Below, piece after piece: positions 27,363 through 37,290 of a DNA stretch of 50,872 nucleotides (positions within the stretch are counted from its first letter, which is position 1; each line of letters opens with the position of its first letter). Below the pieces are notes generated by a model. It was not told the DNA's origin. It did no database searches and worked only from the letters and a program-made list of their open reading frames with translations. The DNA is from Minisyncoccota bacterium. Lineage in GTDB: Bacteria > Patescibacteriota > Minisyncoccia > Phycocordibacterales > JAQTLZ01. Location of the stretch: positions 1-50,872 of the forward strand of contig JAQTSY010000007.1 in NCBI GenBank assembly GCA_028711065.1. Direction: 5' to 3'. Made by a program: the position numbers and the translations under genes.

Positions 27363-27480
27363 AGTCAAAAGTATTTTTCTTGTGAAAAATCTTTCGACCC
27401 TGCCTCGCGCCGTCGCGCTCCGGCCTTGCGAAAGCTCCAAGTATTCGCTTTCTCACTCGTCCGCGCCTCGGATAGCATCT
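27363..27480. repeat. GC-rich REP-like intergenic element with imperfect hairpin
   Basis: AGTCAAAAGTATTTTTC-TTGT-GAAAAATCTTTCGACC hairpin followed by GC-rich CCTCGCGCCGTCGCGCTCC; only one copy in the window. Confidence 0.35.
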
Positions 27481-27506
27481 AAATTCTTGCATCGAAATGA
27501 TCGGTG

Positions 27507-28526
27507 ATGAAAATAGAAGAAAACATTTCACTTAAAGAGCACACAACATTCAAGATCGGGGGCAAAGCCCGGTATTTTTGTCTTGTCCAAAATGAGAAGG
27601 ATTTGAAAGAGGCGGTTGCTTTTGCAAAACGGGAAAAAGTTCCGACACTTGTGCTCGGCGGGGGTTCGAACGTGCTTATTTCTGAAAAAGGTTTTGACGG
27701 ACTGGTTGTGAAAATTGAATTGAAAGGAATTGAATTTGAAGAGGCTCGGGGCGGCGTGCTTGTACACGTTGGAGCGGGGGAGAATTGGGATTCGTTTGTT
27801 GCGGAGACTGTCAGACGCGGACTCTTTGGGCTTGAAAATCTTTCCGGAATTCCGGGAACAGTTGGCGGGGCACCGGTGCAAAATATCGGCGCCTACGGCG
27901 CTGAAGTGAAAGACGTTTTTGATTCTGTTGAGGTTTTTGATCCCTTAACTGGAGGAATTTTTGCAATGACAAAAAAGGAATGCGAATTTGCTTATCGCGA
28001 CAGTATTTTTAAACATGAAGAGGGGAAGCATTTGATCATTTTGAGAGTCACATTTTTCCTGAAAGAAAATGGCGAACTTAATACGAGCTACAAAGATGTA
28101 AAGAAATATTTAGAAGAGAAGAAGATTACTGAACCCACGCAGGAAGAAGTGAGAAACGCAGTGATTGAAATCCGCTCGAAGAAATTTCCTGATCTGAAAA
28201 AATTTGGAACTGCCGGCTCATTTTTCAAAAACCCAATTATTCAAAGAGAAGAATTTGAGAAGCTTCTCAACGATTACCCAAAACTCCCTTCGTTCCCAGC
28301 AGGGGAGGGATTGGTAAAAATTCCTGCCGGTTATCTTTTTGATGTCATTTGCGGATTCAAGGGCGTACGGCACGGTGATGCTGGAGTATTTGAAAATCAG
28401 GCGCTTGTGCTTGTGAACTGGGGAAAGGCAACGGCGGAAGAAATAAAAAAACTCGCAGAAGAAATGCGAGCGAAAGTAAAAGAAAAAACAGGGATTGAAA
28501 TTGAGTTTGAGGTGAATATTCTCTGA
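27507..28526 (+). CDS. murB: UDP-N-acetylmuramate dehydrogenase
   Basis: HTTFKIGG, LGGGSNVL, GIPGTVGGAPVQNIGAYG, FAYRDSIFK, AGSFFKNP, QALVLVN. Confidence 0.96.
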   Translation: MKIEENISLKEHTTFKIGGKARYFCLVQNEKDLKEAVAFAKREKVPTLVLGGGSNVLISEKGFDGLVVKIELKGIEFEEARGGVLVHVGAGENWDSFVAETVRRGLFGLENLSGIPGTVGGAPVQNIGAYGAEVKDVFDSVEVFDPLTGGIFAMTKKECEFAYRDSIFKHEEGKHLIILRVTFFLKENGELNTSYKDVKKYLEEKKITEPTQEEVRNAVIEIRSKKFPDLKKFGTAGSFFKNPIIQREEFEKLLNDYPKLPSFPAGEGLVKIPAGYLFDVICGFKGVRHGDAGVFENQALVLVNWGKATAEEIKKLAEEMRAKVKEKTGIEIEFEVNIL

Positions 28527-28572
28527 AACTCCTTATTTTAAGGCCTCAAAAAGTGTGCTAGAATGGCCTCCT

Positions 28573-31077
28573 ATGTTTGAATCATTAAAGAAACTCTTTG
28601 GCGATCATTCCGGCAAGGCTTTGCAGGCTATTTCTCCTTTCGTCGCTCAAATCAATGGCTTTGAGGCTGAAATTAAGGCTCTGTCTGACGAGCAATTGAA
28701 GGCGAAAACGCTGGAGTTTAAAGAGCGAATCGCCAAGGGCGATTCGCTCGATAGTTTGCTCCCTGAAGCTTTTGCCTGTGTTCGAGAAGCATCCCGCCGA
28801 ACCCTCGGCCAGCGCCATTTCGATGTTCAGCTCATGGGAGGCATCATTTTGCATCAAGGTAAAATTGCCGAAATGAAAACTGGAGAAGGAAAGACCCTCG
28901 TCGCAACTCTTCCTGCCTATCTGAACGCTCTCACGGGAAAAGGTGTGAGCGTGGTTACTGTGAACGACTACCTCTCTCGCCGTGACGCGGTTTGGATGGG
29001 ACAAATTTATAATGCGCTCGGACTTTCTGTGGGTGTGGTAAATCACGATGTATCCTATTTGTACGATCCTGCCCATCGCGAACTCGATAAAGAAGTTGAT
29101 CAGGTCGGCGCATTCAAAGTCGTCCATGAATTTTTACGCCCCTGTACTCGTCACGAAGCGTACATGGCCGATATCACGTACGGCACAAATAATGAATACG
29201 GTTTTGATTATCTTCGCGACAATATTGAATATGAGACAGACAAGCTTCGACAGCGAGAATTTAATTATGCAATTGTTGACGAAATAGACTCGATCCTTAT
29301 CGATGAAGCCCGAACTCCGCTCATTATTTCCGCTCCAACTCAAGAATCTGAAAATTTGTACGCAAAATTTGCCCAGATTGCTGGTATGCTTCAAAAAGAT
29401 TCTGATTATACCGTGGACGAAAAATTAAAAGCAGCCACACTTACCGACGAAGGAATTACCAAAGCAGAAAAAGTGCTTGGTATCGAAAATATTTACACGG
29501 AAAAGGGAATTAAATTTGTGCATCATTTGGAAACTGCTGTCCGAGCAAAAGCGCTTTTCGAACGCGACAAAGAATATGTGGTGAAAGATGGCGAGGTCAT
29601 CATTGTCGATGAATTTACTGGACGCATGCAACCGGGAAGACGCTGGTCAGAGGGGCTTCATCAGGCAGTCGAGGCGAAAGAAGGCCTTTCTGTACAAAAA
29701 GAGTCTCGAACATTTGCCTCTATTACGTTCCAAAATTATTTCCGTCTCTACAAAAAGCTTTCTGGGATGACCGGAACAGCGCTCACCTCGGGCGAGGAAT
29801 TTTATAAAGTGTACGGACTTGAAGTGGTTTCTATTCCAACGAACAAACCGCTTGCTCGAAAAGATTTGAACGATCTTATTTTCCAAACCGAGACAGGGAA
29901 ATTTAAAGCAGTTGCAAAAGTGGTGAAGGAATTGCACGCAAAAGGCGAACCGGTACTTGTCGGTACAGTTTCTATCGAGAAAAATGAAGTGTTGTCGCAA
30001 TATTTAAAACACGAAGGAGTACCTCATGAAGTTTTGAACGCGAAAAATCACGAACGCGAAGGAGAAATTGTTGCTCAAGCAGGAAGACGTGGAGCAGTGA
30101 CGGTGGCAACGAACATGGCGGGTCGAGGGGTTGATATTAAACTTGGGGGCGCTCCGGCAACAGAAGAAGCATACGAAGCAGTGAAAGCTCTTGGTGGAAT
30201 GCATGTCATCGGCACGGAACGACACGAAGCGCGAAGAATTGATAACCAGCTTCGAGGCCGTTCGGGAAGACAGGGAGATCCTGGAGCGACGCAGTTTTTC
30301 GTTTCTCTTGAAGATTCGCTTATGAGAATTTTTGCATCAGACACTATCAAAAAAATGATGGGACGTCTCGGTGTGAAAGAAGATGAGCCGATTGAGAATT
30401 CTCTCATTACTCGCTCGCTTGAATCTGCCCAGAAAAAAATCGAAGGGTTCAATTTCGATGCTCGAAAACACGTGCTTGAATACGACGATGTGCTGAATCT
30501 TCAAAGAAAAACGGTCTATGAAAGACGCCGAAAAATTCTTTTGGGCAAAAGGGAAGATGTTGAAGCGGAACTCGAAGCCCTTATCGCTGGAGATGAAAAA
30601 TTGATCGCACTCGTGGAGGAAAAGAAAAAATCATTCCCTGAAGATGAATTTTATACTGTGGTGCGGAGAATGTTTCTTCAGACCATTGATATGTTCTGGG
30701 TGGAACATTTGGAAGTGATGGAGTATACGCGAGGGAGCGTGAATTTGCGCGCCTACGGCCAGCGCGATCCGCTTGTTGAGTACAAGAAAGAAGGACTTCG
30801 CTTGTTTAAAGAAATGCAGGAGGCGATTAATGTGCAGATTATTTCTCTTCTCGGCTCGCTTCAGACCGGCGCATTTTCAAAAGAAGAAGCGGAACTTCGA
30901 GCCATTCAGAAACAGGCAAAAGAGATTGGAGGCTCTGATTCTGCGGGAGTCGGAATGGCTTTCACCTCAGCAAAACCGGTCATCAAAAACGCTGAAGGCA
31001 AAAAAATCGGCAGGAATGATCCATGTTATTGTGGGTCAGGTAAAAAGTACAAAAATTGCCACGGTAAAGGACAATAA
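28573..31077 (+). CDS. secA: Preprotein translocase subunit SecA
   Basis: AEMKTGEGKT, VDEIDSILIDEARTPL, ATNMAGRG, QLRGRSGRQGDPG, SEC-C GRNDPCYCGSGKKYKNCHG. Confidence 0.98.
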   Translation: MFESLKKLFGDHSGKALQAISPFVAQINGFEAEIKALSDEQLKAKTLEFKERIAKGDSLDSLLPEAFACVREASRRTLGQRHFDVQLMGGIILHQGKIAEMKTGEGKTLVATLPAYLNALTGKGVSVVTVNDYLSRRDAVWMGQIYNALGLSVGVVNHDVSYLYDPAHRELDKEVDQVGAFKVVHEFLRPCTRHEAYMADITYGTNNEYGFDYLRDNIEYETDKLRQREFNYAIVDEIDSILIDEARTPLIISAPTQESENLYAKFAQIAGMLQKDSDYTVDEKLKAATLTDEGITKAEKVLGIENIYTEKGIKFVHHLETAVRAKALFERDKEYVVKDGEVIIVDEFTGRMQPGRRWSEGLHQAVEAKEGLSVQKESRTFASITFQNYFRLYKKLSGMTGTALTSGEEFYKVYGLEVVSIPTNKPLARKDLNDLIFQTETGKFKAVAKVVKELHAKGEPVLVGTVSIEKNEVLSQYLKHEGVPHEVLNAKNHEREGEIVAQAGRRGAVTVATNMAGRGVDIKLGGAPATEEAYEAVKALGGMHVIGTERHEARRIDNQLRGRSGRQGDPGATQFFVSLEDSLMRIFASDTIKKMMGRLGVKEDEPIENSLITRSLESAQKKIEGFNFDARKHVLEYDDVLNLQRKTVYERRRKILLGKREDVEAELEALIAGDEKLIALVEEKKKSFPEDEFYTVVRRMFLQTIDMFWVEHLEVMEYTRGSVNLRAYGQRDPLVEYKKEGLRLFKEMQEAINVQIISLLGSLQTGAFSKEEAELRAIQKQAKEIGGSDSAGVGMAFTSAKPVIKNAEGKKIGRNDPCYCGSGKKYKNCHGKGQ

Positions 31078-31085
31078 AACTCTCT

Positions 31086-31574
31086 ATGAAAATCACATTC
31101 ATTCAAACAGGAGGTACTATAGATAAAGATCTGCCCAAGGTGTCGAAGGGATACGCTTTTGAGATTGGAGCTCCCGCTGTTATAAAAATTCTCGGAAGAA
31201 TAAAACCAAATTTTGAATATGAAATTGTTCCGCTTCTCCAGAAAGACAGCTTGGATCTTAATGCGAAGGATCGTGAAAAAATTCTGAAAGCTTGTCAAAA
31301 TGCCAAAGGTAACAAGATAGTAGTGACCCATGGCACAGACACAATGACGAAAACTGCAAAAGTTCTTTCGAAAATCAAGAACAAGACGATTGTTTTTACC
31401 GGAGCATCGCGGCCAGAAAAGTTCGCTGATTCTGACGCAATGTTCAATGTTGGCGCGGCGATTATGGCGGCCTCACTTCTTCCGAGTGGGGTGTATATCG
31501 CGATGAATGGAAAAGTGCATGAATGGAGTAAGACCAGAAAGGATACAAAGACTGGTCAATTTGTAGAAATCTAG
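31086..31574 (+). CDS. Asparaginase N-terminal-domain protein
   Basis: QTGGTIDK, KDSL, THGTDTM, FTGA, DAMFNVG, VYIAMNG. Confidence 0.88.
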   Translation: MKITFIQTGGTIDKDLPKVSKGYAFEIGAPAVIKILGRIKPNFEYEIVPLLQKDSLDLNAKDREKILKACQNAKGNKIVVTHGTDTMTKTAKVLSKIKNKTIVFTGASRPEKFADSDAMFNVGAAIMAASLLPSGVYIAMNGKVHEWSKTRKDTKTGQFVEI

Positions 31575-31673
31575 AGGTTGAAAACTCGATTTGCCCCAAA
31601 AAAGGGAGGCAGTATAATTAAGGAAGCCTTTCTTTTGTCGAGGAAAGAACTACTATTCATAAATTCATTATTC

Positions 31674-32003
31674 ATGGAACCAAATCAAGCGCAGAGCACA
31701 CAAGGTCCTGATCAGGACAAGACAATGGCGATTATTGCGTACATTATTTTCTTCGTCCCGCTTCTCATGGGGAATCGAAGCCAGTTTGTAAACTATCACA
31801 CGAATCAGGGGACAGTGCTTTTCATTTTCGCAATCATTCTTCAGGTCGTCCTTTCTTTTCTGGTTTTTATTCCTCTCCTCGGACTTCTCCTCCAAATCGC
31901 AAGACTTCTCCCTCTTGTTCTTATGATCATTGGAATCATGAATGCGGCAAAAGGTGTCATGGCGCCTCTTCCGATCATTGGCGGGTATACCATCATCAAA
32001 TAA
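31674..32003 (+). CDS. DUF4870/Tic20-like membrane protein
   Basis: KTMAIIAY, YHTNQG, IIGIMNA, PLPIIG; start MEPNQ at 31674. Confidence 0.75.
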   Translation: MEPNQAQSTQGPDQDKTMAIIAYIIFFVPLLMGNRSQFVNYHTNQGTVLFIFAIILQVVLSFLVFIPLLGLLLQIARLLPLVLMIIGIMNAAKGVMAPLPIIGGYTIIK

Positions 32004-32016
32004 TTTTTGCTTTTTT

Positions 32017-32058
32017 AGCAAACGAAAAATCTCCCTTTCGGGAGATTTTTCGTTTGCT
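32017..32058. terminator. 19-bp perfect hairpin terminator
   Basis: AGCAAACGAAAAATCTCCC-TTTC-GGGAGATTTTTCGTTTGCT. Confidence 0.8.
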
Positions 32059-32077
32059 GTGTTAGTATGAAATTATA

Positions 32078-32740
32078 ATGACCGAAAAAGAAATCGATGT
32101 GTTGGCGAAAAAGATTTGGGACTATCACCATATGAATCAGCCGCTTCAAAAAGCTCAAGTGATTATCGTTTTGGGTAATCGAGATACGCGAGTCGCAGAG
32201 TATGCTGCACAACTATATCTGGACGGGTATGCTCCACTCTTGCTTTGTGCAGGTTCCGGCTCAATTCATAATCACAAACTAGGACGAGAACAATTTGTTG
32301 GCACCACTGAAGCAGAAGTTTTTGCAGATGTTGCAATGAAGATGGGTGTTCGGAAAGATGCCATCATCATCGAAAATGAATCACAAAATACTGGCCAAAA
32401 TTACGAGTTTGCGATCAAGAAATTAAAAGAACGGCATCTGAATCCAAAACGGATAATCTTGGTTCAGAAGCCTTACATGGAAAGGCGGACATATGCTACG
32501 GGTAAAGTGTGGCTGCCTCAAACTCAGCTCATCGTTACTTCCCCTCAAATACCTTTCGAGGCATATTTTAATGAAACTAACACCAAAGAAAGAGTGATCA
32601 ATACAATCGTGGGAGATTTGCAGCGCATCAGAGAATATCCGAAAAAAGGTTTTGCGATAGAACAGGAAATTCCCAAAGATGTTTGGGAAGCGTATGAACA
32701 GCTAGTAAAGGCTGGATTTACAAAACATTTGATAAAATGA
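32078..32740 (+). CDS. YdcF/DUF218 family protein
   Basis: IIVLG, EAEVFA, ESQNTGQN, VQKPYMERR. Confidence 0.88.
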   Translation: MTEKEIDVLAKKIWDYHHMNQPLQKAQVIIVLGNRDTRVAEYAAQLYLDGYAPLLLCAGSGSIHNHKLGREQFVGTTEAEVFADVAMKMGVRKDAIIIENESQNTGQNYEFAIKKLKERHLNPKRIILVQKPYMERRTYATGKVWLPQTQLIVTSPQIPFEAYFNETNTKERVINTIVGDLQRIREYPKKGFAIEQEIPKDVWEAYEQLVKAGFTKHLIK

Positions 32741-32744
32741 AATC

Positions 32745-33392
32745 ATGAACACTATTTCCGAAATCTATACAAAATATAAGATTGTCCCGTTTCTCCAAAT
32801 GCATATGTACCGAGTGGCAGGAGTGGCTTTGTATATTTGCCAACATGCGAAAGAAAAAGTGCTGACGGACAATATTGTTTCGGCGTGCCTTTTACATGAT
32901 ATGGGAAATATTTTGAAATTTGATTTCACGATTTTTCCGGAAGTATTTGAACCGGAAGGGATTTCGTATTGGCAGAAGGTGAGAGATGAATTTTTAAAAT
33001 ATGGAAAAGATGAAAATGAAGCGACTCATGCTATTGCAAAAGAAATCGGGGTGAGCGAGAAAACCTATGAATATATTGTGTCGGTCGGCTTTTCAAAGAT
33101 TGCCGAGAATTTTGCTTCGAATGATTTGGGAAAGCAAATTCCAACCTATGCAGATATGCGGGTTTCTCCGCACGGCGTGGTTTCAATGGAAGAGAGGCTT
33201 GCAGAGGGGCATAAGCGATATAAAAACAGAAAGCACGCTATTGGCACAGGAGATGTGTTTGAAAAAAACCGCAAAGCTTTTTATGATATAGAAAAGAACA
33301 TCTTCTCAAAAACGAGCCTTGCGCCCGAATCAATTACATCTGAGGTTATACATCCTCTTTTGGAAGACCTCAAAAACTTCAAGATTATCTGA
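32745..33392 (+). CDS. HD-domain protein
   Basis: HMYRVA, ACLLHDMGN, YADMRV. Confidence 0.8.
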   Translation: MNTISEIYTKYKIVPFLQMHMYRVAGVALYICQHAKEKVLTDNIVSACLLHDMGNILKFDFTIFPEVFEPEGISYWQKVRDEFLKYGKDENEATHAIAKEIGVSEKTYEYIVSVGFSKIAENFASNDLGKQIPTYADMRVSPHGVVSMEERLAEGHKRYKNRKHAIGTGDVFEKNRKAFYDIEKNIFSKTSLAPESITSEVIHPLLEDLKNFKII

Positions 33393-33467
33393 TTTGTATC
33401 ATGAGGCCAGTTTTGCTATTCTATATGCATTAGTCTCTCTAGATTTTTCTAATTTTTTGCCATTCGT

Positions 33468-33923
33468 ATGAATTCATCACAAAAAACCACGGTCATTGTC
33501 ATTGTTGCGATGGTAATTATTGTCGCTGCTCTTATTGGAGTTTCCGTTTTTTATTCAAAACAGCCAGGGCAGCATGATGTTTTTGCGCAGTGTCTTACTC
33601 AAAAAGGCGCAACTTTTTACGGAGCATTCTGGTGTCCTCATTGCCAGGCAACAAAGGCGCTTATTGGAAAGAGCATGAAATATGTAAATTATGTTGAATG
33701 TTCGACTCCCGATGCGAACGGCCAGACGCAAATTTGCATAGATAAAAAAATCGAAACGTATCCAACTTGGGAATTTGCTGACGGATCAAGGCTTACTGGA
33801 GAGCTCTCTCTTCAGGAACTTTCAGACAAGACTGGCTGTTCGCTCTCTGGTGGTCCTGATACCACTCCTCAAAATATCGCAACTTCTTCTACGAGTTCTG
33901 CTTCATCATCATCTGCACAATAA
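33468..33923 (+). CDS. Membrane-anchored thioredoxin-fold protein
   Basis: N-terminal TM; FYGAFWCPHC, YVEC, YPTW. Confidence 0.85.
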   Translation: MNSSQKTTVIVIVAMVIIVAALIGVSVFYSKQPGQHDVFAQCLTQKGATFYGAFWCPHCQATKALIGKSMKYVNYVECSTPDANGQTQICIDKKIETYPTWEFADGSRLTGELSLQELSDKTGCSLSGGPDTTPQNIATSSTSSASSSSAQ

Positions 33924-33924
33924 C

Positions 33925-34449
33925 ATGAGCTTTTCAGATTTCTTAACATTTGTTTTTTCGATTCTGACTCTGGTCGGGATTGTTCTTGTTGTCGTACTTC
34001 TTGTTTTTCTCACTGCCAAAAATACGAGAAATAACAAAGTATTCGCTCACCTTGATCAGTATGCGCACCACCACGTTTTTCTCGTTGTATTTCTTTCTGT
34101 TTTAGGAAGTCTTCTCTATTCAAATGTTATTGGCTTCGAACCCTGCACACTCTGCTGGATCCAGCGCATTTTTATGTATCCGATGCTCGTGCTTCTTATC
34201 GTCTCATTTGTAAGAAATGAATCGAAACTTATGCGCCCATATCTTTTGTGGCTCTCTGGGCTTGGTGGAGTGGTTGCGATCTATCAATATCTTCTCCAAT
34301 TTGGAATTGTTCCGAGCGTTGTCTGCAGTGCAACGGCAGTTTCCTGCGCGAAACTTTATGTCCTTGGTTTTGGCTTCGTGACTATTCCTCTCATGTCGCT
34401 TACGGTGTTTGCTCTTGTTTTTCTCGCGCTCCTTTTACAGAAGAAGTAA
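33925..34449 (+). CDS. Disulfide bond formation protein B (DsbB/BdbC-like)
   Basis: PCTLCWIQRIFMYP, YQY, second Cys pair CSATAVSC, GFVTIPLMSL. Confidence 0.85.
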   Translation: MSFSDFLTFVFSILTLVGIVLVVVLLVFLTAKNTRNNKVFAHLDQYAHHHVFLVVFLSVLGSLLYSNVIGFEPCTLCWIQRIFMYPMLVLLIVSFVRNESKLMRPYLLWLSGLGGVVAIYQYLLQFGIVPSVVCSATAVSCAKLYVLGFGFVTIPLMSLTVFALVFLALLLQKK

Positions 34450-34458
34450 CACATTCCA

Positions 34459-36324
34459 ATGCGCTCGCTTTTGCAAGAAAGAAAGTTTCTCCTTCTTATG
34501 CCTTTTCTTGTGTCGGCGCTCCTCATTATAGCGGGAGGTTTTTATCTGTACGGAAATATGTTTTTGGCACGGGGTATTCTCGCCGTTATGCTTCTCTTGT
34601 TCTCGATACCGCTTTGGATAGATATCATTTCCCATCTCTTCAAAAAGAAATGGGGAGTTGATCTCATCGCTGGAGTTGCGCTTCTCTCCTCGCTTCTTTT
34701 CGGTGAATACTTAGCTGGTTCTGTGATTCTTCTTATGCTCTCTGGCGGAGAGGCTCTCGAGTTTTATGCAATGCGAAGAGCTCGCAAGGAACTTTCCGGA
34801 TTGCTTTCCAGAATGCCACAGGTGGTGCATCGCGAGGAGGGAGCGGTTTTGAAAGATGTCGCAATCGAGTCAGTTCTTGTTGGGGACGTGGTGATCGTAA
34901 AGACCAAAGAAATTATTCCTGTTGACGGCTCTGTTCTCGAAGGAATTTCTTCGGTAGACGAATCCGCTCTTACGGGAGAGAGCTTACCGGTTGAGAAAGT
35001 TTCTGGAAGCACGGTACTGTCTGGAACTCAAAATCAGGACGGACTTTTGAAAATAAAAGTTTTAGTTCCCGCATCGCAGAGTCGTTTTGAACAAATAAAA
35101 AAACTTTTAAGCGAAGCGGAGAATTTGCGCTCTCCGATCGTCAGGCTCGCTGATCGGGTAAGCATCTATTTTACGCTTGTGACATTTGTCCTGGGAATCT
35201 CCGCGTGGTTTCTTTCGGGCGATCCTATCCGCGTTCTCGCTGTCTTGGTTGTCGCCACGCCATGCCCGCTTCTTTTAGCCACTCCAATCGCTCTCATTTC
35301 CGGGATGAGCCGTTCTGCGAAGCGTGGAGTGATTGTAAAAAGCGGGAGCGCGATCGAGATGTTGTCGCGAGCTCGTTCTTTTGTTTTTGATAAGACGGGG
35401 ACTATTACGCTCGGTACTCCTCGGGTTTTGGATTACATCCCGTTTGGCGGTTTTTCAAAAATCGAATTGCTTCGGATCGGTGGAAGTCTCGAGCTTCTTT
35501 CAAGTCATATTCTCGCTCGCGCTATTGTTTCGTATCATCGTGAGAAAAAAGTGGAGATCGAGCGTCCAAAAGAATTTCACGAATTTCTCGGCGGAGGAGT
35601 TTCGGGAATATTGGACGGAAAGAAATATTTTTTCGGCGCGCTTTCCTTTCTTAAGAAAAATGGAGTTCCAATTTCAGAAGAAGTCTCAAAGAGTGATGCA
35701 AAAGCACGCGAAGATGACACCATCACGGCATTTCTTGGAGGAGAAAATGCGGTGCTCGGGATGTTCGTTTTTGCCGATGAGCTTCGTGGAGAATCCAGAT
35801 CTCTTTTTCAAGAGATACGAAAAGATGGTCTTGAACGTATCGTTATTTTGACTGGAGATAAATATCCCATTGCGGAGAGGGTTGCGAAAGAGGTTGGGGT
35901 GAAAGAATTTTGCGCGGAATGTTTGCCGGATGAAAAGCTGCGGAAAATTCAGGAGATCAAACTTTCGCATTCTCCGCTTGTGATGGTGGGGGATGGAATC
36001 AACGATGCGCCGGCACTTGCGGCGGCGGACGTTGGCATTGTCCTTAGTACTGAAAGCGCGACTATCTCAAGCGATTCGGCTGATATTGTGATTATGGGAG
36101 GGAAAATTGATCGCGTTCATGATGCGTTCGAAATTGCCAAGAAATCAATGCGAATTGCAAAACAGAGCATCGCTTTTGGAATGGGTTTGAGCATCGCGCT
36201 CATGATACTCGCTGCGCTTGGATACATCGAGCCGGTGCGAGGGGCGCTTTTTCAGGAGGTGATTGATGTTTTGGTTATTCTAAACGCGCTTCGGGCAAGT
36301 ATAGATGCTCCAATCAAAGGTTAA
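34459..36324 (+). CDS. Heavy-metal P1B-type ATPase (PCP motif)
   Basis: LTGES, ATPCPL, DKTGT, GDGIND, QEVID..NALR. Confidence 0.93.
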   Translation: MRSLLQERKFLLLMPFLVSALLIIAGGFYLYGNMFLARGILAVMLLLFSIPLWIDIISHLFKKKWGVDLIAGVALLSSLLFGEYLAGSVILLMLSGGEALEFYAMRRARKELSGLLSRMPQVVHREEGAVLKDVAIESVLVGDVVIVKTKEIIPVDGSVLEGISSVDESALTGESLPVEKVSGSTVLSGTQNQDGLLKIKVLVPASQSRFEQIKKLLSEAENLRSPIVRLADRVSIYFTLVTFVLGISAWFLSGDPIRVLAVLVVATPCPLLLATPIALISGMSRSAKRGVIVKSGSAIEMLSRARSFVFDKTGTITLGTPRVLDYIPFGGFSKIELLRIGGSLELLSSHILARAIVSYHREKKVEIERPKEFHEFLGGGVSGILDGKKYFFGALSFLKKNGVPISEEVSKSDAKAREDDTITAFLGGENAVLGMFVFADELRGESRSLFQEIRKDGLERIVILTGDKYPIAERVAKEVGVKEFCAECLPDEKLRKIQEIKLSHSPLVMVGDGINDAPALAAADVGIVLSTESATISSDSADIVIMGGKIDRVHDAFEIAKKSMRIAKQSIAFGMGLSIALMILAALGYIEPVRGALFQEVIDVLVILNALRASIDAPIKG

Positions 36325-36328
36325 TTGT

Positions 36329-36793
36329 ATGAAGAAGAAAAAAATTCTGACACTTTGCCTTTTTAGAAAAGACGAGAAAATTCTTCTAGGAATGAAGAAA
36401 CGGGGGTTTGGTGCCGGACGATGGAATGGGTTTGGAGGAAAAGTGGAAGTGGGGGAGACTATAGAAGAGGCTGCGTGCAGGGAGGTGCTCGAAGAAATCA
36501 GTGTTTCAGTCTCCGAAATAGAGAAATTCGCGACAATTGATTTTAGTTTCGAGGGAAAAGAAGAGGTTCTCGAAGTTCATTTTTTCACGGCGCTAAAATG
36601 GACAGGAGAGCCAGAAGAGAGCGAAGAAATGCGGCCAGAGTGGTTCGAAATTGATGAAATTCCATTCAAAAAAATGTGGGATGGCGACAAGTATTGGTAT
36701 CCGCTCTATTTGGCCGGGAAAAAATTCAAAGGCAAATTCCATTTTGACGAAAGGGATAAAGTGCTAGAATATGAACTCAATGAAGAAAAATAA
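36329..36793 (+). CDS. NUDIX hydrolase (MTH1/8-oxo-dGTPase-like)
   Basis: KKRGFGAGRWNGFGGKVE.GETIEEAACREVLEE, EEMRPEWF. Confidence 0.9.
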   Translation: MKKKKILTLCLFRKDEKILLGMKKRGFGAGRWNGFGGKVEVGETIEEAACREVLEEISVSVSEIEKFATIDFSFEGKEEVLEVHFFTALKWTGEPEESEEMRPEWFEIDEIPFKKMWDGDKYWYPLYLAGKKFKGKFHFDERDKVLEYELNEEK

Positions 36794-37259
36794 AAAACAA
36801 ATTGTGGTGGCGGTAAGCGGGGGGTTCGATCCTCTTCATGTTGGTCATGTGCGAATGTTTGAGGAAGCAAAAAAGCTAGGAGATAAGCTTGTGGTTATCC
36901 TCAACAACGACAATTGGCTCGCGAAAAAGAAAGGTGCTCCTTTTATGCCGGAAGCCGAACGAAAAGAAATTATAGAAGCGTTGCGAGCGGTGGATGAAGT
37001 CATTCTCACTCGCCACACGCCAGATGATCCGGACAGGAGCGTCACGCATATTTTAGCTGAGCTTAAGCCTGATATTTTTGCAAATGGCGGAGATCGTGAT
37101 CAAAGTGACGCCAACAAAGCCAGCTCATCTTTAAATCCAGAACAGGAGCTTTGCAAGCGTCTAGGAATCAAACTTGTGTTTAATGTTGGCCGAGGGGGCA
37201 AAGTCCAGTCAAGCTCTTGGCTCATTGCCAAAGCGGTAGAGAACAAGAAAAAAGACTGA
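36780..37259 (+). CDS. Cytidylyltransferase-like protein
   Basis: SGGFDPLHVGH, ERKEII..LRAVD, FANGGDR, QSSSWL. Confidence 0.88.
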   Translation: MKKNKKQIVVAVSGGFDPLHVGHVRMFEEAKKLGDKLVVILNNDNWLAKKKGAPFMPEAERKEIIEALRAVDEVILTRHTPDDPDRSVTHILAELKPDIFANGGDRDQSDANKASSSLNPEQELCKRLGIKLVFNVGRGGKVQSSSWLIAKAVENKKKD

Positions 37260-37290
37260 AGATTTTGGGGAATCTGGTATAATAGACTCT

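Noticed and set aside
27327-27482. 51-aa ORF starting in the stem's 3' arm as a type I toxin
   Set aside because: Not hydrophobic, and it reads through the REP-like element; probably fortuitous.
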